A stretch of 64,000 bases of DNA from a virus (taxonomy: Duplodnaviria > Caudoviricetes). A program made the translations under genes and the position numbers. Location: positions 37,678 through 101,677 of IMG/VR virus record IMGVR_UViG_3300042254_000186, one strand, 5' to 3'. How positions within the stretch are numbered: the stretch's first letter is position 1; the number at the start of each line of letters is the position of its first letter. This document shows positions 58,427 to 64,000 of this stretch, one piece after another. The notes under the pieces were generated by a model. The model had not been told where the DNA came from and made no database searches. It saw nothing but the letters and a program-made list of their open reading frames with translations.

Positions 58427-60002
58427 AGTTACAATTATACCATCAACAATTAATCCTATTACACAAATGCCTATCCATGCGAATCATGTTAAGAAAGTAG
58501 CAGCATACGCAAGAGTTTCAACTAACTCAGATGAGCAATATACGAGTTATGAGGCACAAGTGAACTTCTATAAAAAATACATTCAAGAAAAACCTGACTG
58601 GGAGTATACCGAAGTTTACGCTGATGAAGGACTATCCGGAACTACAACCAAAAAGCGTACTGGGTTTAATCGAATGATAAAGGATGCGCTTAACGGTAAA
58701 ATCAATCTGATCATCACTAAATCAATTTCACGTTTTGCGAGAAACACATTAGATACCATTTCTTATGTTCGTAAACTAAAGGCAAAAGGTATTGAAGTGT
58801 TCTTTGAAAAGGAAAACTTATGGACACTTGATCCAAAGAGTGAGTTAATCTTAACCATTATGGCTTCAATAGCACAAGAAGAATCACGCTCCATTAGCCA
58901 GAATGTTACATGGGGTAAAAGAGTCGGTTTCCAAGAAGGGAAAGTATCCTTCGCTTATAAAAGGTTTCTAGGATACAAAAAAGAAGATGACAAGATTGTG
59001 ATTGACGAAGACCAAGCTGACATTGTTAGGATGATTTACCGAATGTTTCTTGTTGAAGGGAAAACACCTACAGGAATTGCAAAGTATCTGAAATCACAAC
59101 GTATTGATACGCCAAGTGGTAAATCAACGAAATGGCAAACAAATGTGGTGACATCGATTCTTACCAATGAGAAGTATAAAGGTGATGCACTACTTCAAAA
59201 GACATACACTGTAAATTATCTAGACCATTCAACTGCAAAAAACACAGGGCAAATACCACAGTACTATGTTGAGAATAATCACCCAGCCATTATCGATAGA
59301 GATACATGGGAACAAGTTCAAATTGAAATGAAAAGGCGAGATAAACTAGGAGCTCACTATTCTTCATCTGATATATTTGCATCAAAGCTGATATGTGAAG
59401 ATTGTGGGAGTTTCTACGGTAAAAAGAAATGGCACGCTAATACTAAATATGAACGATTTGTGTATCAATGCAATAGCAAGTTCCACAAGGGCAAAGACAA
59501 ATGCAAAACACCTCATCTAAAAGAAGATGACATAAAACTCAAGTTTGTTCTAGCATACAATGTCATGGCAAAAGATAAAAAACGAGTGATTAAGGATACA
59601 ATGGATGTCATTAAACTATTAACTGACACCACCAAGATTGATTCCGAAATAACAAGAATTGAAGATGAGATGGTAGTAATTACAGAACTTGTAAATAAAC
59701 TGGTAATGAAAAATTCTAAGACAGACACGGACATTGATGCCTATAACAAGAAATATGAAAAGTTGTCGGCACGATATGATAAATTGAAGGAACAACTAGA
59801 TGGATTAATCTCTCAAAAGGAAACTAAACTAGGACAAAAGAAAACAATGCAAACGTTCATCAACAATTTAATAGAATCAGAAGATAAACTAGCTAACTGG
59901 AATGAGCGAATATGGATGCTTATGGTGGAAAGTGCAGTTGTGCATAGGGATTCAAGTATCACTTTTATGTTTCACAACGGAGTTGAATCAAAAATAAGAT
60001 AA
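58419..60002 (+). CDS. Large serine recombinase 2
   Basis: AAYARVST, TKSISRFARN, CEDCG ribbon and coiled coil. Confidence 0.95.
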   Translation: MPKVTIIPSTINPITQMPIHANHVKKVAAYARVSTNSDEQYTSYEAQVNFYKKYIQEKPDWEYTEVYADEGLSGTTTKKRTGFNRMIKDALNGKINLIITKSISRFARNTLDTISYVRKLKAKGIEVFFEKENLWTLDPKSELILTIMASIAQEESRSISQNVTWGKRVGFQEGKVSFAYKRFLGYKKEDDKIVIDEDQADIVRMIYRMFLVEGKTPTGIAKYLKSQRIDTPSGKSTKWQTNVVTSILTNEKYKGDALLQKTYTVNYLDHSTAKNTGQIPQYYVENNHPAIIDRDTWEQVQIEMKRRDKLGAHYSSSDIFASKLICEDCGSFYGKKKWHANTKYERFVYQCNSKFHKGKDKCKTPHLKEDDIKLKFVLAYNVMAKDKKRVIKDTMDVIKLLTDTTKIDSEITRIEDEMVVITELVNKLVMKNSKTDTDIDAYNKKYEKLSARYDKLKEQLDGLISQKETKLGQKKTMQTFINNLIESEDKLANWNERIWMLMVESAVVHRDSSITFMFHNGVESKIR

Positions 60003-60196
60003 AAAGAGAGCTAACATAGTATCTGGAGGTTTGATTTTATTTTTATGAAAAAAATCTTATTGTGAAAACTTGTATTTTCATGTTACAAACGTTAAAAGTG
60101 TTGCAAATGTAACATGTGAATGATATAATGCCAATAGAAACTTTACTTACTACAGTAGAGTTTCTGAAGATAAGATTATAATAGGAGAATTTAAAA

Positions 60197-61114
60197 ATGA
60201 TAGAAGTGAAGAATTTCACTAAAGATTATGGTTTTAATCGAGGAGTATTTGATGCAAATTTTGATATATACAAGGGAGAAGTATATGGTTTTCTAGGACC
60301 AAATGGTGCTGGGAAGACAACTACTATTCGACATCTAATGGGGTTTTCTAAACCAGATAGTGGTTCTACACAGATAATGGGGTTAGATTCATTTGAGCAC
60401 CGAAGTAAAATTCTTAAATCAGTTGGGTACATTCCAGGTGAGTTAGCACTGCCAAGCGGGCTTACAGGATTTGAGTTCATTTCTATGATGAAAAAAATGA
60501 GAAACGTCAATGATGATTCAAGAATTAATCACCTTATTCAACTATTTGAGTTAGATGCTAGTGGCGATACAAAACGAATGAGTTTTGGAAACAAAAGAAA
60601 ACTTGCAATCATTGTAGCATTTATGCACGATCCGGAGATATTAATACTTGATGAACCTACATCAGGATTAGACCCTGTGATGCAAGAGAAGTTTATCGAA
60701 TTTATCAAAAATGAGAAGGCGAGGGGAAAAACGATTCTTCTCTCAAGTCATATTTTCAGCGAAGTTGAAGCATTGTGTGATCGTGTTTCTATTATTAAAC
60801 ATGGTCATATTGTGGATGAATTTCCAATGAGTAAGCTGAAACACAATGAGAATAAGACTTATGTGTTCAGATTTGAGAACAAAACAGATGCAAAAGATGC
60901 ATTCGATAAATTATCAAAGTCAACTCAGTATCAAGTTGAATCTATTGAGGAATGTCAACTGAAAGTAAATGTTCACGACACTAATATAAATAGATTACTC
61001 AGTGATTTAGAGGGCTTGAAGGTTATTGATTTTGAGTATAATAGACTCACTCTAGAATCATATTTTATGACATACTATCACGATGAAATAAAGTTCGGAG
61101 GTATACAAAAATGA
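60197..61114 (+). CDS. ABC-2 type exporter ATP-binding protein
   Basis: GPNGAGKTT, MSFGN, ILDEPT and SSH. Confidence 0.92.
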   Translation: MIEVKNFTKDYGFNRGVFDANFDIYKGEVYGFLGPNGAGKTTTIRHLMGFSKPDSGSTQIMGLDSFEHRSKILKSVGYIPGELALPSGLTGFEFISMMKKMRNVNDDSRINHLIQLFELDASGDTKRMSFGNKRKLAIIVAFMHDPEILILDEPTSGLDPVMQEKFIEFIKNEKARGKTILLSSHIFSEVEALCDRVSIIKHGHIVDEFPMSKLKHNENKTYVFRFENKTDAKDAFDKLSKSTQYQVESIEECQLKVNVHDTNINRLLSDLEGLKVIDFEYNRLTLESYFMTYYHDEIKFGGIQK

Positions 61115-62022
61115 GTGAAATCACCATTAAGGAGTTAACTAAAGACTATGGACACTCACGTGGTGTTTTTAATGTCGAATTTGAAGTGAAAAAAGGTGAG
61201 ATATTTGGTTTTATTGGAACCAACGGAAGCGGTAAAACTACGACAATTCGTCATATCATGGGTTTTAGTAGACCAGACAATGGGACGATAAAAGTTAGGA
61301 ATATTGATGCAACAAAGCATTCAACAGAAGTGAAAAAATGGATTGGTTATGTTCCAGGAGAGATTGCATTTCCGGATTTGTCTACAGGAAAATCATTCAT
61401 TGAATCACAAGCAGAACTTCTTAAACTAAAAGATTTTGACTTAGCAAATCGACTAATCGATATTTTTAAGATTGATTTGCGAGTTAATCCTCGTAAAATG
61501 AGTAAAGGTATGAAACAAAAAACTGCAATTATTGCTGGATTTATGAACAACTCAGACATTTTGATTCTTGATGAACCGACAACAGGATTGGATCCTCTAA
61601 TGAGAGAGGAGTTTATGCATTTACTTGAGTATGAACGAAATAAAGGAAAAACAATCTTTATTAGTAGTCATTTGTTTGATGAACTCGAAAACTTGTGTGA
61701 TCGTGTGGCTCTTATCAAAGATGGACATATTGTAAGTATCGCCAACATAAAAGAAATCAAACATCCAAATGAAAGAGAGTATAAGATTGAATTTAAGGAC
61801 AAAGAAAATTATGAAGCATTTATCAAGTTGCCATTCACATTTGATAATTATCGACCTGAGCAAAATCAAGTGTTTGTTATTGTAAAACGTGAGGAAATCC
61901 CTATATTTATTGCATCGTTAAGCAAATATAGTCTTAAGTTTGTGATAGAAATCAAATATAATTTAGAAAGATTTTTCAAAGATAAATTTAATTATAAAGA
62001 AATGGTTGGTGTTGAATTATGA
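61111..62022 (+). CDS. ABC-2 type exporter ATP-binding protein (second paralogue)
   Basis: GTNGSGKTT, MSKGM and ILDEPT. Confidence 0.92.
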   Translation: MSEITIKELTKDYGHSRGVFNVEFEVKKGEIFGFIGTNGSGKTTTIRHIMGFSRPDNGTIKVRNIDATKHSTEVKKWIGYVPGEIAFPDLSTGKSFIESQAELLKLKDFDLANRLIDIFKIDLRVNPRKMSKGMKQKTAIIAGFMNNSDILILDEPTTGLDPLMREEFMHLLEYERNKGKTIFISSHLFDELENLCDRVALIKDGHIVSIANIKEIKHPNEREYKIEFKDKENYEAFIKLPFTFDNYRPEQNQVFVIVKREEIPIFIASLSKYSLKFVIEIKYNLERFFKDKFNYKEMVGVEL

Positions 62023-63509
62023 TTAGTATTCCATTACTAAAACAGTCGATTAAAGCAAATAAAAATATTTGGATGATCATTACAATTGCGACATCGTTAA
62101 TGTTGGCTACAATTATATTTGTAATCGGAAATATTAATGTTGGTGAATTAAGAGATTCGTTTTCCGAGACCTTTGCTAAGTCTGAAATAGAGTCACAAAT
62201 TAAAGCTAATAGCATTGATGCATTTGTACAAGTTAATGAGACAACAGTTGAAATGTACCCTGAAGTCAAGGATCTTTATGACTTAACAACGTCTGCAATA
62301 GATCTCTATAATTCAATTAAAATATCAGGGAGCTTGTCACCAAAAGAGGACACGATTGCAACGATAACAACAGGGATGAGTCTAGAGCAAACTGAAAAGA
62401 TGACTCCAGTTATTTCAGCTTTAATAGATCAATATGAACTTGCATCTCCAAGTTCGGAGAATCTCATTCCTTTTAAATCTTCATTTATCATTGAGATTAT
62501 TTTATCAAATCTTGAGGTTGATACCGATGAACAAACATTGCAATTAATCCACACGCTTTCTGAGTCCATGATTGCTATATATTCGGTAAATGGCACATTG
62601 AGTAGTGAGGACTTGCAAACCATTTCAAGTAATATTGTCAGATTTTCTTTTGCTTCTCAAATTGATCAAGAAACAATGATTTTATTCGAAGAACACGGAT
62701 TTTCCCCAGAAAAGATTGACACAATTGTGAATTCTGCTCTTTTGCAATATGTAGCTTTGACAAACAATGGTATTGATAGTGAAACTGCAAAATCCGAAAT
62801 ATCAAACAGCATTCTTTCACAGATGCCTGAAGTAGTTACAAATTCTCTTAATGAAATTGTGGATTTAAATATTGATCATCTTGTAGTTGGTACCATTTTC
62901 TTTAAAATTGCTGGATTATTATTGCCTTTAGTTTACGTGATTGTAGTTTCGAATAGTTTGCTTGCTGGACAGATAGATAGTGGATCAATGGCTTATGTCC
63001 TTTCAACCCCAACAAAAAGAAAAGTTGTGACTTTAACTCAGATTGCCTTTATGTTGTTATCTTTATTTATGATGTATATGATTATACTCGTTACTGGATT
63101 ATTAACAATATTAATTATTAATAACCAAGAATTAATGATTACAAATAGCGATTTAGTGAAACTGACGATTGCAGCATTTATTACGATGTTTTCAATAAGC
63201 GGTATCAATTTTTTGACATCAGCATGGTTTAACAAAAGTAAAAATGCAACAGGACTAGGAGGGGGGATTTCGATATTCTTTCTTGTATCCACAATATTGG
63301 GTCTTTTAGGATCTCCAGTCATTCCCTCTGCCATTCGTATTGATGCACTCAATATTTTTAATTATTTCTCATTAATCACTTTGTATGATGTTAATGCGAT
63401 TCTTGAAGGAAATATTGATTATCTTAACTTGTCAATATTATTGGTGGTAGGTGTTGCAACATTTTTATTAGGTCATATAATTTTCACAAAGAAGGATTTA
63501 CCGTTATAA
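62019..63509 (+). CDS. ABC-2 type permease
   Basis: N-terminal TM, large loop, IDSGSMAYVLSTP..R, five more TMs and FTKKDLPL. Confidence 0.88.
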   Translation: MISIPLLKQSIKANKNIWMIITIATSLMLATIIFVIGNINVGELRDSFSETFAKSEIESQIKANSIDAFVQVNETTVEMYPEVKDLYDLTTSAIDLYNSIKISGSLSPKEDTIATITTGMSLEQTEKMTPVISALIDQYELASPSSENLIPFKSSFIIEIILSNLEVDTDEQTLQLIHTLSESMIAIYSVNGTLSSEDLQTISSNIVRFSFASQIDQETMILFEEHGFSPEKIDTIVNSALLQYVALTNNGIDSETAKSEISNSILSQMPEVVTNSLNEIVDLNIDHLVVGTIFFKIAGLLLPLVYVIVVSNSLLAGQIDSGSMAYVLSTPTKRKVVTLTQIAFMLLSLFMMYMIILVTGLLTILIINNQELMITNSDLVKLTIAAFITMFSISGINFLTSAWFNKSKNATGLGGGISIFFLVSTILGLLGSPVIPSAIRIDALNIFNYFSLITLYDVNAILEGNIDYLNLSILLVVGVATFLLGHIIFTKKDLPL

Positions 63510-63640
63510 TTTGACACAATAATCTAAACATGAGGCTCAATACCCAACAATAATAAGATAGTTAAATAGTCCATTCTGACACAAAGTAATTGACACTTGA
63601 AATTTGTTCCATAAAAAAGTCTAAACAAAAGCATTTTTAA

Positions 63641-63785
63641 GGGTGCGTGAATTTTACTAAGGGTGCGTAAAAATAGGTGTAGGGTGCGCAAATTTCAACA
63701 AAGGGTGCGTAATTGTATTAAAATAGGTCACCCAACCCATATTGAAATCATAGGTCTGATACAATCGTATAAGGCCTTTTTTTGT
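63641..63785. repeat. att-like junction C (prophage right end / next element left end)
   Basis: GGGTGCG at 63641, 63661, 63682 and 63703. A 56-bp imperfect inverted repeat (63711-63766) is centred on CA 63738-39 and followed by a terminator-like hairpin. Confidence 0.8.
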
Positions 63786-64000
63786 GTTATATAGAGCCGT
63801 TTCGGAGTTCACTCATATTTATTGAGTCTAAAAAGTGCACTAATTTTACTAGTCTTTAGAGTTTATTAGAATTTTATATATGGCAAAATAGAATTGTATA
63901 ATTATGGCGATAGAAAATGTAGGTAAAAAAGGTTTTAAGATCTTTTTTGGATAACGAAGTTATTCACAAAAAGATAATTTAGGCCTGAAATTTTTAAACA
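63739..64000. mobile_element. Left end of a fourth related element continuing beyond the window
   Basis: About 135 bp after the core align with 14410-14547. Confidence 0.65.

Larger units (their letters stand above)
14410..63739. mobile_element. Apparently complete ~49 kb siphovirus-like prophage with twin large serine recombinases
   Basis: Ordered replication, packaging, head, tail and recombination modules flanked by homologous att-like sites B and C. Confidence 0.88.

Noticed and set aside
1653-63352. Numerous 60-140 aa ORFs antisense to or nested in longer genes (e.g. 6921, 7222, 19739, 24122, 28803, 46700, 51980, 63038)
   Set aside because: These are shadow frames of well-supported genes, with no RBS or recognisable motifs.
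63641-63712. GGGTGCG repeats (and those at 14331-14380) as a CRISPR array
   Set aside because: The repeats are only 6-10 bp with ~13-bp gaps and there is no cas operon. They are better explained as phased protein-binding sites.
63733-63795. att right half regenerating an rlmD/rumA 3' end (THIEIIGL resembles TxHVETVVL)
   Set aside because: The equivalent frames at sites A and B do not keep the motif and no target gene is in the window, so the target cannot be named.
1-64000. TGA-to-Trp recoding (mycoplasma code 4)
   Set aside because: Long ORFs are intact under code 11, use TGG for Trp, and several end at TGA at expected positions.
1-64000. tRNA or rRNA genes
   Set aside because: No cloverleaf with a T-loop consensus and no rRNA-like segment was recognised by eye.

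Overview
AT-rich bacterial DNA read in genetic code 11 (TGA is a stop). The host is probably a wall-less Acholeplasmatales/Izemoplasmatales-type bacterium; this is inferred from low GC, Firmicutes-like genes and a tailed prophage with no recognisable endolysin. The window is an integration hotspot holding parts of four related large-serine-recombinase (LSR) elements, delimited by three copies of a 56-bp att-like site with a central CA (about 5540, 14409 and 63738). (1) The right end of element 1 (1-5540) has an LSR C-terminus and c-di-GMP signalling cargo. (2) A short chromosomal piece is followed by a decapitated element 2 (about 7241-14409), which keeps the last 51 codons of an LSR and a dense array of accessory genes (GNATs, kinase, NTase plus HEPN/Abi pair, Nudix). 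(3) An apparently complete ~49 kb siphovirus-like prophage (about 14410-63739) carries an R-M/nuclease island, a phage sigma factor, replication genes, ParB-methylase plus MetK, HK97-type head, tail, an AbiF-like moron with an upstream structured RNA, a late-operon NTase, twin LSRs and ABC-transporter cargo. (4) The left end of a fourth element starts at about 63739. The most striking observation is a hypothetical regulatory circuit. An ABC-three-component (Lamassu-like) operon with no recognisable toxic effector sits in the repressor position, divergent from the sigma factor. The sigma-factor leader looks like a pseudoknotted RNA switch. One bipartite promoter precedes both the replication operon and the excision module. 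A 13-bp motif in the excision-module promoter recurs in phased repeats at the prophage left end. All functional calls come from motif recognition and gene context; no database searches were run.
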